A stretch of 64,000 bases of DNA. Origin: Clostridia bacterium. Lineage in GTDB: Bacteria; Bacillota; Clostridia; UBA1212; DUPL01. The position numbers and the translations under genes are program-made. Shown here piece after piece: positions 1-10,041 of the stretch; the first letter of the stretch is position 1, and every line of letters begins with the position of its first letter. Under the pieces are notes generated by a model. It was not told the DNA's origin and made no database searches. It saw nothing but the letters and a program-made list of their open reading frames with translations. The stretch spans positions 480,001 to 544,000 of the forward strand of contig JBMNIW010000012.1 in NCBI GenBank assembly GCA_050951325.1, written 5' to 3'.

Positions 1-1728
1 GGTGTGCTGAAGGTAAGGGAATCTCTTGAAGAGCAGACAATGACAATGGCAAGAAAGGCTGCTGAATTGTTCAGAGAGAACCTGCGATATGCCAATGGTG
101 AACCTGTAAAGGTGGTCATATCAGACACAACCATAGGCAGGGCAGGGGAAGCTGCATTGTGTGATGCTCAGTTTAAAAAGGAAGGTGTTTCAATAACATT
201 AACGGTAACCCCATGCTGGTGCTACGGTTCTGAAACAATGGACATGGACCCAAGCACAATCAAAGCGGTATGGGGTTTTAATGGTACAGAAAGACCCGGA
301 GCTGTTTATCTGGCAGCGGTGCTTGCATGCCATGCACAAAAAGGTTTGCCTGCCTTTGGCATCTACGGAAGGGAAGTGCAGGACAAGGACGAAACCTCCA
401 TACCTGACGATGTAAAGGAAAAGCTTCTGCGGTTTGGAAGGGCGGCGGTAGCAGTAAGCTCGATGAGAGGAAAATCCTATCTCCAGATAGGCTCAATGTG
501 CATGGGTATTGCGGGATCATTAATAAATGCGGACTTCTTCGAAGACTACCTGGGAATGCGGGTTGAATCTGTTGACGAAGTGGAGATTATTAGACGAATT
601 ACAGAGGAGATATATAACAAGGAAGAGTATGAAAAAGCCATCCAGTGGGTAAGGGAAAACTGTGTTGAAGGATTTGACAAGAACCCGGTTGATAATCAAA
701 AGTCAAGAGAAGAGAAGGATGAGGAATGGGAGTTCCTTGTCAAGATGATGATAATTATAAAAGACTTGTATCATGGAAATCCTAATCTGCCTGCTGGCTG
801 CGAAGAAGAAAAGGCAGGACATAATGCAATCGCAGGAGGTTTCCAAGGTCAAAGACAGTGGACTGACTTCTATCCAAACTGTGATTTTCCAGAGGCAATG
901 CTTAATTCAAGCTTTGATTGGGAAGGTGCGAGAGAACCGTACATCCTGGCTACAGAGAACGACACGTTGAATGGCGTTTGCATGTTGTTTGGAAAACTCC
1001 TTACAAACACTGCCCAGCTTTTTGCGGACGTAAGGACATATTGGAGTCCGGAATCCGTCTACAGGGTAAGCGGATTCCAGCTCGAAGGCAAGGCAAAAGA
1101 GGCAGAGGGTATCATACACTTGATAAACTCAGGGGCGGGCTGCCTTGATGCCTGTGGAGAGGCAAAGGATGAGAAGGGCAATGGAGTCATCAAACCATTC
1201 TGGGAGATGTCTGATGAAGATATTCAGGCATGCCTTAAGGCAACAACTTGGAATGCAGCCGACAGGGGGTATTTCAGAGGTGGAGGATTCTCTTCAAGAT
1301 TTGTAACTAGAGCAGAAATGCCTGCTACCATGTTTCGGCTGAATATTGTAAAGGGATTGGGCCCTGTTTTACAACTTGCTGAAGGATACACCATCAATCT
1401 CCCGGATGAGGTTACTGATATCTTGTGGAAGAGAACAGATTATACATGGCCTTGTACCTGGTTTGCTCCAAGACTTACCGGCAGTGGGGTATTCAAGAGC
1501 GCTTATGATGTAATGAACAACTGGGGTGCAAACCATGCAGTTGTAAGTTATGGACATATAGGTGCGGATTTAATAACCTTGTGCTCGATGCTGAGAATAC
1601 CAGTGTGTATGCAAAATGTGGATGAGGATAAAATGTTCAGGCCTGCCAGTTGGAATGCTTTTGGAATGGACAAGGAAGGACAGGATTACAGGGCATGTCT
1701 GACATATGGCCCCCTGTATAAAAAGTAA
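1..1728 (+). CDS. fucI: L-fucose isomerase (also acts as D-arabinose isomerase); 5'-truncated by the window edge
   Basis: Motifs [49 protein letters not shown]; the N-terminus is missing at the window start. Confidence 0.95.
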   Translation, partial: GVLKVRESLEEQTMTMARKAAELFRENLRYANGEPVKVVISDTTIGRAGEAALCDAQFKKEGVSITLTVTPCWCYGSETMDMDPSTIKAVWGFNGTERPGAVYLAAVLACHAQKGLPAFGIYGREVQDKDETSIPDDVKEKLLRFGRAAVAVSSMRGKSYLQIGSMCMGIAGSLINADFFEDYLGMRVESVDEVEIIRRITEEIYNKEEYEKAIQWVRENCVEGFDKNPVDNQKSREEKDEEWEFLVKMMIIIKDLYHGNPNLPAGCEEEKAGHNAIAGGFQGQRQWTDFYPNCDFPEAMLNSSFDWEGAREPYILATENDTLNGVCMLFGKLLTNTAQLFADVRTYWSPESVYRVSGFQLEGKAKEAEGIIHLINSGAGCLDACGEAKDEKGNGVIKPFWEMSDEDIQACLKATTWNAADRGYFRGGGFSSRFVTRAEMPATMFRLNIVKGLGPVLQLAEGYTINLPDEVTDILWKRTDYTWPCTWFAPRLTGSGVFKSAYDVMNNWGANHAVVSYGHIGADLITLCSMLRIPVCMQNVDEDKMFRPASWNAFGMDKEGQDYRACLTYGPLYKK

Positions 1729-1747
1729 ATAAACAATAGTATGTATT

Positions 1748-1780
1748 AAGGGACGCATATCAGGCGTCCCCTTATATTAT
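1748..1780 (+). terminator. Probable intrinsic terminator after fucI
   Basis: Stem GGGACGC...GCGTCCC flanked by AAG/CTT, followed by an A/T-rich tail. Confidence 0.65.
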
Positions 1781-1847
1781 TTACAATTTTGTGGATTTGG
1801 TATAAACTAATGTGTGGACAATAAACAAGCATAAGGAGCCGCAAGAG

Positions 1848-3305
1848 ATGAAAAAGTTGGATTGGTCAGATACCAGGAATCTTACCATGTTGATGGATTT
1901 TTACGAGTTGACTATGGCAAACGGATATATGGAAAGTGGACTTGAAGGTATTTCAGCATGCTTTGACATGTCCATTAGAAGGATACCTGACGGTGGCGGT
2001 TTTGCCATTATGGCAGGTCTTGAGCAAGTGATTGAAAATTTGAAAGAGCTTCGATTTAAGGAAAAAGATATTGAGTTTTTAAGAAGCAAAAACCTTTTTT
2101 CAGATAAATTTTTGGAATACCTTAGAAATTTCAAATTCTCCTGTGATGTATGGGCAGTACCCGAAGGAACTCCAGTGTTTCCAAATGAACCAATAGTAAA
2201 GGTTGTTGGTCCTATTGTGGAAGCGCAGCTGTTGGAGACTTTGGTTCTTGTACTCATTAACCACCAAAGCCTTATTGCTACCAAATCAAACAGGATTGTA
2301 AGGGCTGCTCAGGGAAGGGCTGTTATGGAGTTTGGCTCAAGAAGAGCCCATGGCGCAGATAGCGCCATTTATGGAGCAAGAGCTGCGTATATAGCAGGGT
2401 GTGTGGGAACATCCTGTGTTCTTTCAAGTAAAATGTTTGGGATTCCAGCCCTTGGGACAATGGCGCACTCATGGGTTCAGCTCTTTGATACTGAACTGGA
2501 TGCATTTTTAGCATATGCAAGAGCTTTCCCGAGCTCATGCACACTTTTGGTTGACACTTATGATGTATTAAGAAGCGGTATACCAAATGCCATTAAGGCA
2601 TTTGAGCAAGAAGTAGTGCCAAGAGGTTTCAGACCTTATGCTGTAAGGATAGACAGTGGAGACATTGTGCAACTGTCAAAGAAGGCAAGAGAAATGCTTG
2701 ATGAAGCTGGTTTTGAGGATTGCAAGATTGTGGCTTCAAATTCTCTTGACGAGTACAGCATACAGGAGATGCTTTCTAAAGGAGCTTGCGTTGACCAATT
2801 TGGAGTTGGTGAAAGACTTATTACTTCTGCCAGTGACTCAGTATTTGGCGGAGTGTACAAGCTTGTGGCAATCAAGAGGGATGGAGAGATAATCCCGAAG
2901 ATAAAGATAAGTGAGACTACGGGTAAGATTAACATCCCTGGAGTCAAAGAACTGCACAGGCTTTATGACAATCACACCAACGAGGCTGTGGCTGATATTA
3001 TTTCATTAAGGGGAGAGGAAATAGACGTCACAAAGCCATATGAGGCGTATGATGTTTATGAGAAAGACAAAAAGGTTGTCTTAAAGAACTTTTCCACTAA
3101 GAAGCTCTTGACGCCGATTTTTGAAAAAGGCAAATGCGTATATGACAGCCCAAATATTGAGGAGATAAAAAGCTACTGCAGACAGCAGGTTGACACTCTG
3201 AGCAATACAATCAAGTCTCTCAAGAACCCTGAGCACTATCCAGTGTATCTGTCTCCTGGGGTGTGGCAACTAAAAAACGAGTTGTTTGAGGAGAAGAAGG
3301 TTTAG
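1848..3305 (+). CDS. pncB: Nicotinate phosphoribosyltransferase
   Basis: LMDFYELTM, EFGSRRAHG, GTMAHSW (phospho-His), LLVDTYD, VRIDSGD, GVYKLV; ATG 1848 follows AAGGAG. Confidence 0.93.
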   Translation: MKKLDWSDTRNLTMLMDFYELTMANGYMESGLEGISACFDMSIRRIPDGGGFAIMAGLEQVIENLKELRFKEKDIEFLRSKNLFSDKFLEYLRNFKFSCDVWAVPEGTPVFPNEPIVKVVGPIVEAQLLETLVLVLINHQSLIATKSNRIVRAAQGRAVMEFGSRRAHGADSAIYGARAAYIAGCVGTSCVLSSKMFGIPALGTMAHSWVQLFDTELDAFLAYARAFPSSCTLLVDTYDVLRSGIPNAIKAFEQEVVPRGFRPYAVRIDSGDIVQLSKKAREMLDEAGFEDCKIVASNSLDEYSIQEMLSKGACVDQFGVGERLITSASDSVFGGVYKLVAIKRDGEIIPKIKISETTGKINIPGVKELHRLYDNHTNEAVADIISLRGEEIDVTKPYEAYDVYEKDKKVVLKNFSTKKLLTPIFEKGKCVYDSPNIEEIKSYCRQQVDTLSNTIKSLKNPEHYPVYLSPGVWQLKNELFEEKKV

Positions 3306-3826
3306 TTTTTGATAAAGTCCTTGTACAACAGGCTTGGCTGTATGCCCGTATTGTTCTGGTACTTTCCGCTTTTGTATTCTTCAAACTCACCTTCTATGGT
3401 ATGGTAGTATATTTGACAGCACTCTATATATGGATAAATTTTGACAGGTTGTATGCAGAACATTTCCAAGGTCCAATATCCGGAGAATCCCACATCACCA
3501 AAACCTGCAGTGACATGGATGAAAAGGCCAAGTCTGCCTATTGAGGACCTGCCTTCAAGCATTGGTACCAGGTTGCTTGTCTTTGTATACTCTGCAGTTC
3601 TTCCCAAATACAGTTTGTTCGGTTCCAAAACAAGGCCTTCTTCAGGGATTATGATTTTCCTTGCCTTGTTTTCCTTTTTCATATCCAGAATATCATCTTC
3701 ATAAACCAACAGCTCGTTATGCAGTCTTAAGTTGTAACTGTTTGGATTCAACTGCTTTTTATTAAACGGCTCTATAACTATATCTTTCCCGATTCTTTTC
3801 TCTATTTCTTTTCCTGACAGTATCAT
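3302..3826 (-). CDS. dcd: dCTP deaminase
   Basis: MILSG start, QLNPNSYNLRL, EGRSSIGRLG, TAGFGDVGFSG, C-terminal KYQ. Confidence 0.9.
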   Translation of the reverse strand: MILSGKEIEKRIGKDIVIEPFNKKQLNPNSYNLRLHNELLVYEDDILDMKKENKARKIIIPEEGLVLEPNKLYLGRTAEYTKTSNLVPMLEGRSSIGRLGLFIHVTAGFGDVGFSGYWTLEMFCIQPVKIYPYIECCQIYYHTIEGEFEEYKSGKYQNNTGIQPSLLYKDFIKN

Positions 3827-3945
3827 GTCTCTTGCACCTCATATTTTTAGTGAATTAGTATTGTAATCGTAAAACATATAAAGCGCAAGAGAAAAATACG
3901 AAGATTAAAACAATCTCCGTATCCCATGCAAATATTTAACTTTTC

Positions 3946-4224
3946 TTAATTGATGCTTTCGCTCAATTTCCTGATTTCTTCAAGCTTGAGGTCAAGCACC
4001 ATTTCCAGTTTGATGACTTTGTTTAGAGTATCCGATACGGATTGGTTGACTGAAAGCATTTCGTCAACGGTGCAGCAACCCATATCAAGAACTGCCTGAA
4101 TTTTGCTTCCTTCGTTGTCAATAAGTTTTGCCAGACTGGCATGTTGCGTTGCAAGAGACTCAATCAGATTGGCTATGGCTTGCGATTGAGGCGTAATTGA
4201 TGGAGTGTTTTCAGGGGTTGACAT
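3946..4224 (-). CDS. Small conserved hypothetical protein, possibly spore-associated
   Basis: ESLATQHASLAKLIDNEGSKIQ...VNQSV...LEMVLDLKL resembles the 'SIALEE.ALAHI.NAEGEKIQ' family of spore-forming Firmicutes. Confidence 0.6.
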   Translation of the reverse strand: MSTPENTPSITPQSQAIANLIESLATQHASLAKLIDNEGSKIQAVLDMGCCTVDEMLSVNQSVSDTLNKVIKLEMVLDLKLEEIRKLSESIN

Positions 4225-4288
4225 TTTTTCTTCACTTCCAAAATTCGTTCTAGTATATGATATTTGGAAAACATTAAAGTGGTTACCC

Positions 4289-6607
4289 CTAAAAATGCGT
4301 AAACTGGTTCATATTGTATCGCTTCAACGCACTCATGTACATGTCGAAGTCTATGTCTATTATATTGGTGAAATAATGGTTAAAGTGCTTTCTTCCCTTG
4401 TTATCCTTCCATTCGATATAATAGAAGTCTTTTTCGTTTTCTTTGATGGGAATGTTGCATACTATGCATGAGCTATCATGCGGCGCATTGAAAACACCTT
4501 CCGCTATAACCAAGTTATCTGAAAACCTTGTTACGGTGTATTTAAGAAGTGTATCATATTGAGTGTCATTTACCGCATACAGGGGAAGCAGGTTGTTTTT
4601 TGGTTCGTCGCACATAAGGCAAAGAGGCGATTGGGATCGTTTTATGTAATGATAGGCCAGCTTTTTGACGAAATAGTAGTCGACTACTGCATCGGAAATC
4701 TGTGGCCAGCCGTCAAGCAGATTCCACCACAAGATACCTGTTCTTCTCCATTTAGAGATGCGGAAGCGCTCTATAAAATATTTTTTTGCCTCTGCCTGAG
4801 AAATCTGACTCATATATGCAAAGGTAGTTATATTGTCAGGAAGGGATCCGAAAAGGGTCTTAACCTGATCTGCCATAAGTCCAATCCTGTATGAAAACTC
4901 AACACCCATTTCCGTTTCCATACAGGAAGCGTGGATCTGCCATTCCGGTACGGTGTTGCCGTTTTCCTCAAACATGGGCCATAACTTGTCTTCGGGAATG
5001 AACTTCTTGAGAGAGTTGGGTGAAGGACAGCCGTGATAACCGGTTTCAGACGCAAAGTGGCATAAGCTGTTTTTGTAAAAGCTGCCTTTGAAATAGTCTC
5101 TAGGTCCCCATAGATGGTCTTCACTCAAAGGCTTTTTGGACTCAAATGCAAAATCATCGATATATGGGGAGCTTGGGAGATAGGGTCGTGCAAAATCGTG
5201 GATTCTGCAGACTTCTTTTAGGGTTTTGCGTGTAATTATGTTGTCATTTGGGTCCACTATATTGTTATGAATGACTTGAAACAAATCACACTCATTGTCT
5301 CCTGCCCACAATACAAGAGAAGGATGATTTCTCAATTTCTTTACAATGTATGCAGCTTCCTTTTCTATTTTCTTCTGAAACTCTTCATCCTGTGAATAAA
5401 CACCACAACCCATGGCAAAATCCTGCCACACCATTATTCCTTTTTCATCGCAGAAGTCAAAGAAAGCATGATCCTCATATACATTGCCGCCCCAGCATCT
5501 GACCATGTTGCATCCTATGTCATCCATAAGCTCCAAAGCTTTTGGCAGTCTATTCATATCATTTGAATGAAATGCGTCGAGAGGCACCCAGTTTGTCCCC
5601 ATGCAGAAAACCTTTCTACCATTTATTTTAAACACGAACTCTCCATTTCCTGATTCGTCGGTTGTAGAGGTTCTGACAAGATCAACTGTCCTTATGCCAA
5701 TCTTTAGTTTTTTCTTGTCAATAAGCAAATCTCCTCTGTACAAGGAAACCGTTGTATCATAAAGATGTGGCTCTCCTGCATTCTTGGGATACCATAGCAT
5801 GGCATTGTTTACTGTTATGGACATGGCACCATAGGTGTGAAAAAGCCTTTGAGACATTTCAAAAGTGGAATCTTTGCATACTCCTTTGACTTTAATCATC
5901 AAATCCTTTATCAGGTCTGCATCGGTTTCAATATTGTAGAATGCCCGAATGTATGCAGTGCTGCTTTCGGGAGAAGCGGATAATGTATAGATATAAATGT
6001 CTTCTATTCTCTCATTCTTTTTCTGTACAAGCTTTACCTCTTTCCAAATGCCGCCGGATACGATACGAGGCATTATGTCCCAGCCAAACATGGATGCAGC
6101 TTTTCTTATTCTTAAGCTAGCATAATTGTATCTAAGGGCAAAGTTTAGTGGTGTAAGCTCATATTTTCTTGCTTCGATTGTGGCTGGATATATGTGAACC
6201 AAAAGCTCATTGTTTTTATCTCTTAGATATTCTTCAACCAAAAACTCATGGGCGATAAACATATTGTCCACATGGCCTAAAAAGATGCCGTTTAAAAAAA
6301 TATCTGCAATGGTATCAATGCCTTCAAATACAAGGTATGTTTTTGAGTTTTCTTCCCTGTTTTCCAGGTTGTCGAATACTGTGGTGTAGAACAAATGCAG
6401 GTTTTCAAGTTCCTGCATTTTCAACACATTTGTCCCATAAAAAGGATCTTCGATAAGACCTGCTTCCATCATGTCCAGTTCAAAGTTGCCAGGAACTTTT
6501 GCAGGTATCGATTTATAGTTTTCCTTGAGTTCGCTCATGGTTTTAGGATTAAACTTTTTATTCGTAACTTCATGATTAGGTATTATGTACAAGTCCCAGT
6601 TTCTCAT
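4289..6607 (-). CDS. GH2 glycoside hydrolase, beta-mannosidase-like
   Basis: FEGIDT, IRKAASMFGWD, GTNWVP.DAF, NMVRCWGG..YE, VWQDF, RNHPSLVLWAGDNE, FASETG. Confidence 0.88.
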   Translation of the reverse strand: MRNWDLYIIPNHEVTNKKFNPKTMSELKENYKSIPAKVPGNFELDMMEAGLIEDPFYGTNVLKMQELENLHLFYTTVFDNLENREENSKTYLVFEGIDTIADIFLNGIFLGHVDNMFIAHEFLVEEYLRDKNNELLVHIYPATIEARKYELTPLNFALRYNYASLRIRKAASMFGWDIMPRIVSGGIWKEVKLVQKKNERIEDIYIYTLSASPESSTAYIRAFYNIETDADLIKDLMIKVKGVCKDSTFEMSQRLFHTYGAMSITVNNAMLWYPKNAGEPHLYDTTVSLYRGDLLIDKKKLKIGIRTVDLVRTSTTDESGNGEFVFKINGRKVFCMGTNWVPLDAFHSNDMNRLPKALELMDDIGCNMVRCWGGNVYEDHAFFDFCDEKGIMVWQDFAMGCGVYSQDEEFQKKIEKEAAYIVKKLRNHPSLVLWAGDNECDLFQVIHNNIVDPNDNIITRKTLKEVCRIHDFARPYLPSSPYIDDFAFESKKPLSEDHLWGPRDYFKGSFYKNSLCHFASETGYHGCPSPNSLKKFIPEDKLWPMFEENGNTVPEWQIHASCMETEMGVEFSYRIGLMADQVKTLFGSLPDNITTFAYMSQISQAEAKKYFIERFRISKWRRTGILWWNLLDGWPQISDAVVDYYFVKKLAYHYIKRSQSPLCLMCDEPKNNLLPLYAVNDTQYDTLLKYTVTRFSDNLVIAEGVFNAPHDSSCIVCNIPIKENEKDFYYIEWKDNKGRKHFNHYFTNIIDIDFDMYMSALKRYNMNQFTHF

Positions 6608-6628
6608 TTTCTATACCTCGCTAAACAT

Positions 6629-6660
6629 AAAAAAAAGAAGGCAGAATTCTGCCTTTCTTT
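6629..6660 (-). terminator. Intrinsic terminator between the lipoprotein gene and the GH2 gene
   Basis: On the minus strand AAGGCAG-AATT-CTGCCTT followed by a long T run. Confidence 0.7.
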
Positions 6661-6670
6661 GCAAAAAACA

Positions 6671-7450
6671 TTATTGCTCTACACGGTAGTGCTCATCCGC
6701 AAGAACCAAGTTGTCAATTGCAATGTGGTTGTTATTGTTCCAGAAGAATCCAATGTTGTCATGTTTGTACAAGGATGTGTTGGTGTGTTCCAGAACAAGT
6801 TGTTTGTTGATATAGATCTTGATTGTGTTGTCGGATGTAAGCTTGATTGCAAGGTGGAATTCTTCGTTCAAGCCAATTTCCGAAACAGTAGCATCCTTTA
6901 AGAGTCTGGTGCCATCCTTGTTGTTCTCAAGAATTTTAACTTTCTTGTCTTTTGGCCAGAAACCTGCAATTATTTTGCTCTCCATCAGTTTTGGACCTAT
7001 CCAGCATCCTATGTAGTTTTCAGTATCTGGCTTATGCTCCAGGAAAACCACATCCATTGCCAAGGTGAAGTTTGAAAGCTTTCCACCAACCCTGGCTTGC
7101 AGTGCATAAGCATTAAAATCTGCAATAAGTTTACCGTTTTCCACCTTGAAGGCCTGCAGCTCCCATTCGTTCTTTGACTTTTCGGGATCTGAAAAGTCGT
7201 CCTGTATATGGATCACAGGATCAGGCTCCTCTGTAGGTTCCGGCGTTGGTTCCTCTGTAGGTTCCGGAGTAGGTTCCTCTGTCGGTTCCGGGGTTTGCTC
7301 ATCCGTTTTATCTGGTGTTGGTTCCTCTGTTGCTGTTGCTGTCGCTGTGGGTTCCGGATCTTTGTCCTGCTTTTTGCAGGCACTTGCCATTACCAAGAAA
7401 GCAGCTACAAGCATTAGCAGAACTAAACACTTGACTAACTTTTTATTCAT
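6671..7450 (-). CDS. Lipoprotein with a Pro/Thr/Glu linker and a probable beta-sandwich (lectin/ConA-like) domain
   Basis: Basic N-terminus, hydrophobic stretch and lipobox ASAC; EPTPEPTE repeats; beta-rich C-terminal domain starting DDFSD. Confidence 0.7.
   Translation of the reverse strand: MNKKLVKCLVLLMLVAAFLVMASACKKQDKDPEPTATATATEEPTPDKTDEQTPEPTEEPTPEPTEEPTPEPTEEPDPVIHIQDDFSDPEKSKNEWELQAFKVENGKLIADFNAYALQARVGGKLSNFTLAMDVVFLEHKPDTENYIGCWIGPKLMESKIIAGFWPKDKKVKILENNKDGTRLLKDATVSEIGLNEEFHLAIKLTSDNTIKIYINKQLVLEHTNTSLYKHDNIGFFWNNNNHIAIDNLVLADEHYRVEQ
7224..7295. repeat. Three imperfect 24-bp tandem repeats encoding (TPEPTEEP)n
   Basis: ggYtcctctgtMggttccggVgtW x3, read directly. Confidence 0.85.
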
Positions 7451-7471
7451 CTTAAAACCTCCTGATATATA

Positions 7472-8152
7472 TTAATATGAAAGCATTACCTTCACATTAT
7501 TGTTCAACGTTATTTCATCAGATTTCACAATGCAGTCATAGGCACATATGTTTACACCGTTTTCATGGGCTTTCACAAGGGCATCGGCAAACTCTTTGTG
7601 TATTGCTTCGTTGGGTGTAAAGTATGAAACTTCCTCCATCTGTACAACAAAAATTATGTATGCTTTGTGCCCGTTTTTTACTGCATCAATCAACTCCTCA
7701 ACATGCTTTATTCCTCTTTTAGTAGGTGCGTCTGGAAACATGGCAATGTTATCAAACTCTTGTGTAACACCCTTTATTTCTATATATATTTTATCACTTT
7801 TTGTTTGAACATAGAAGTCAAATCTTGAATTTTTATATGTTTTTTCCCTTTCATATCCAATTAATTGGGGAAACAGCTCTTCCATGTTCTCTTCTATGAC
7901 CCAATTTGGGACCATGCTATCTATATTAATTATCCTGTCACCTTTTCTTGCAGCAATGAGATCATACTTTGTCTTTCTCTCCGGCTTGTCAACTTCTTGA
8001 ACATATACTTCTGTATCAGGCAGAAGGATTTCCTTCAACCTTCCGGTGTTTTTTACATGACAAGGTACAATCTCACCACATATCTCCACATATGCTGTAA
8101 ATCTATCTTTCCTTGAAATAAATTTACTTTTTCTAATGTTTTCGTATTTCAT
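7472..8152 (-). CDS. sfsA: SfsA-family DNA/RNA nuclease (sugar fermentation stimulation protein)
   Basis: HVKNTGRLKE, SRFDF, IEIKGVT, FPDAPTKRGIKH. Confidence 0.92.
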   Translation of the reverse strand: MKYENIRKSKFISRKDRFTAYVEICGEIVPCHVKNTGRLKEILLPDTEVYVQEVDKPERKTKYDLIAARKGDRIINIDSMVPNWVIEENMEELFPQLIGYEREKTYKNSRFDFYVQTKSDKIYIEIKGVTQEFDNIAMFPDAPTKRGIKHVEELIDAVKNGHKAYIIFVVQMEEVSYFTPNEAIHKEFADALVKAHENGVNICAYDCIVKSDEITLNNNVKVMLSY

Positions 8153-8312
8153 GAATCTCCTTATTGCTTTTTCTAAAGTTCTTTTATATGAATAATATCA
8201 AATCAGAAGAAAAAAATAAAGATGGTTTGATTAAAATTAATAAAAATGCATCCAATGCATTAATGTTTTGCAGAGTCATAACCTGCATGTTAAAGAAACT
8301 GGCGTAAACTGT

Positions 8313-8341
8313 TTGACATGATTTTGTTGAAAATGTATAAT
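8313..8341 (+). promoter_or_regulatory. Consensus sigma-A promoter for the EEP-family gene
   Basis: TTGACA-17 bp-TATAAT. Confidence 0.8.
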
Positions 8342-8369
8342 TGCTCCAATAGAAAACGATTGTAAGGGG

Positions 8370-9116
8370 TTGTTGCAGGTGGTAGTACGCCTGATGTCAT
8401 TTAATATTCAGCACTGCAGGGATTACATCATGGCAAAGGAACGTGGAGGAGATCCCATTGACTTTGATTTGATGGCGGATGCTATAAAGTCGCAGGAGCC
8501 AGACATTGTGGTTCTAAACGAGGTTAGGAATTTGGGCCCTTGTCCTTCATACAAAAACCAGGCGAAGATTCTGGCTAAAAAGGTGGGTTTTCAATACTAC
8601 AAGTTTGGGGAAGCAATAAGGTTTGGAGGTCTTTTGCCTTATGGAAATGCCATTTTGTCGAAGTATCCCATTGGAGAGTTCCGCGTGGTACGCATCCCGG
8701 ATCCAATTGTAAAGGATGAAGATGTATACTATGAATCAAGATCTGTTATCAAATGCAGGATAGATATCGGAAAACACAGAATACATGTTTTGGGTACTCA
8801 TATCGGGCTTGCAAATAGTGAAAAGACAAATGCCGTTAACACACTGGTAGAACTAATTGACGACACAGACATTCCCTGCGTGTTAATGGGAGATTTCAAC
8901 ATGACACCCGAAGATGACAAGTTAAGACCAATACATGAAAGGATGATAGACACTGCAAGGTACTTTGAAGAACCAAAACTGACCTTTCCCTCCGATGAAC
9001 CAAGAATAAAGATAGACTATATTTTTGTATCAAAAGATTTGAAAGTTGTGAATGCAGATGTTCCTGACGTCATTGCCTCCGACCACAAAATGGTAATATG
9101 CGATGTAGAGCTGTGA
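8370..9116 (+). CDS. Endonuclease/exonuclease/phosphatase (EEP) family protein
   Basis: MSFNIQH, PDIVVLNEV, YGNAILSKYPI, LMGDFN, IDYIF, SDH; start codon uncertain. Confidence 0.88.
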   Translation: MLQVVVRLMSFNIQHCRDYIMAKERGGDPIDFDLMADAIKSQEPDIVVLNEVRNLGPCPSYKNQAKILAKKVGFQYYKFGEAIRFGGLLPYGNAILSKYPIGEFRVVRIPDPIVKDEDVYYESRSVIKCRIDIGKHRIHVLGTHIGLANSEKTNAVNTLVELIDDTDIPCVLMGDFNMTPEDDKLRPIHERMIDTARYFEEPKLTFPSDEPRIKIDYIFVSKDLKVVNADVPDVIASDHKMVICDVEL

Positions 9117-9142
9117 GTTAACCGACAAAAGCGAAGTTTTTG

Positions 9143-9171
9143 TTGATAAATCACTCGTTTTGTTGTAAAAT
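9143..9171 (+). promoter_or_regulatory. Probable sigma-A promoter of the AraC gene
   Basis: TTGATA-17 bp-TAAAAT; implies the real start is ATG 9190 after GAGGTG. Confidence 0.55.
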
Positions 9172-9189
9172 GTGCGTGAGGTGAAAAAA

Positions 9190-10041
9190 ATGTACGAATG
9201 GTCTGCGATATATAGGGAAACGTATGAAGCGGAAGAAGAAGACATTATAGATAAGGAGCATTTGCATCCCAACATGCATCAGATTGTCTTTGTAACCGAA
9301 GGTGAGATGGAGCTGAGTACAAAGGGAAAGGACTACCATGCCAAAAAAGGTTCCATCTCCTTTATCAGCAACATTGAAATGCACTGTGTAAAAGTAAAAG
9401 CTTTCCCATACAAACGATACATAGTTAACATGGATGAATCCTTTATTCAGAACATACAGATGAGCAAGGAACTTACAAGCATTCTTAACTTAAGAACAGA
9501 TAATTTTGAGCATTGTGTCAATGTTGTGGAAATAATGGACGAGCTTGATTGTTTTTTTAGCAAGCTTGTAAAGGAAAGCATGAATAAAAAAGACAAGAAT
9601 GTTCCATACATATACGAGAATGCGTCTTCACTGCTCATACTTGTTTTGATTACCTTGTTCCGGGCAAAACCTGAAGCTTTTCCAATGCCTACGAAGGATA
9701 TGGATTCAATAATATACAAGGTTAAGGAGTATATAGATAATAATTATACGGAAGAAATAACTGTAAATAGTTTGTCAGAGCAATTCTTTATCAGTCAGTC
9801 CTATCTTAGTCAGAATTTCAAACAGCTGACCGGTTATAGTCCAAAGAAGTACATAATGCTTTGCAGGATCGCTGCAGCAAGATCGCTTTTGTACAAGACA
9901 GATATGCCAATAAACGATATTGCCATGTACGTAGGTTTTAACGACACCAGCAATTTTATCAGATACTTTAAAAAAGAAACGGGTGAAACACCGTTTCAGT
10001 TTAGAAAGTCTCTTAAAACTTTGGCATCTTCCAAGAATTGA
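9190..10041 (+). CDS. AraC-family transcriptional regulator
   Basis: Cupin-like HLHPNMHQI; C-terminal double HTH (SQSYLSQNFKQLTG, VGFNDTSNFIRYFKKETGETP). Confidence 0.92.
   Translation: MYEWSAIYRETYEAEEEDIIDKEHLHPNMHQIVFVTEGEMELSTKGKDYHAKKGSISFISNIEMHCVKVKAFPYKRYIVNMDESFIQNIQMSKELTSILNLRTDNFEHCVNVVEIMDELDCFFSKLVKESMNKKDKNVPYIYENASSLLILVLITLFRAKPEAFPMPTKDMDSIIYKVKEYIDNNYTEEITVNSLSEQFFISQSYLSQNFKQLTGYSPKKYIMLCRIAAARSLLYKTDMPINDIAMYVGFNDTSNFIRYFKKETGETPFQFRKSLKTLASSKN

Noticed and set aside
3302-3826. dcd as a prophage marker
   Set aside because: No phage genes nearby; the flanks are metabolic
7224-7295. Tandem repeats as a possible CRISPR array
   Set aside because: No spacers; in-frame coding repeats of a Pro/Thr linker; no cas genes
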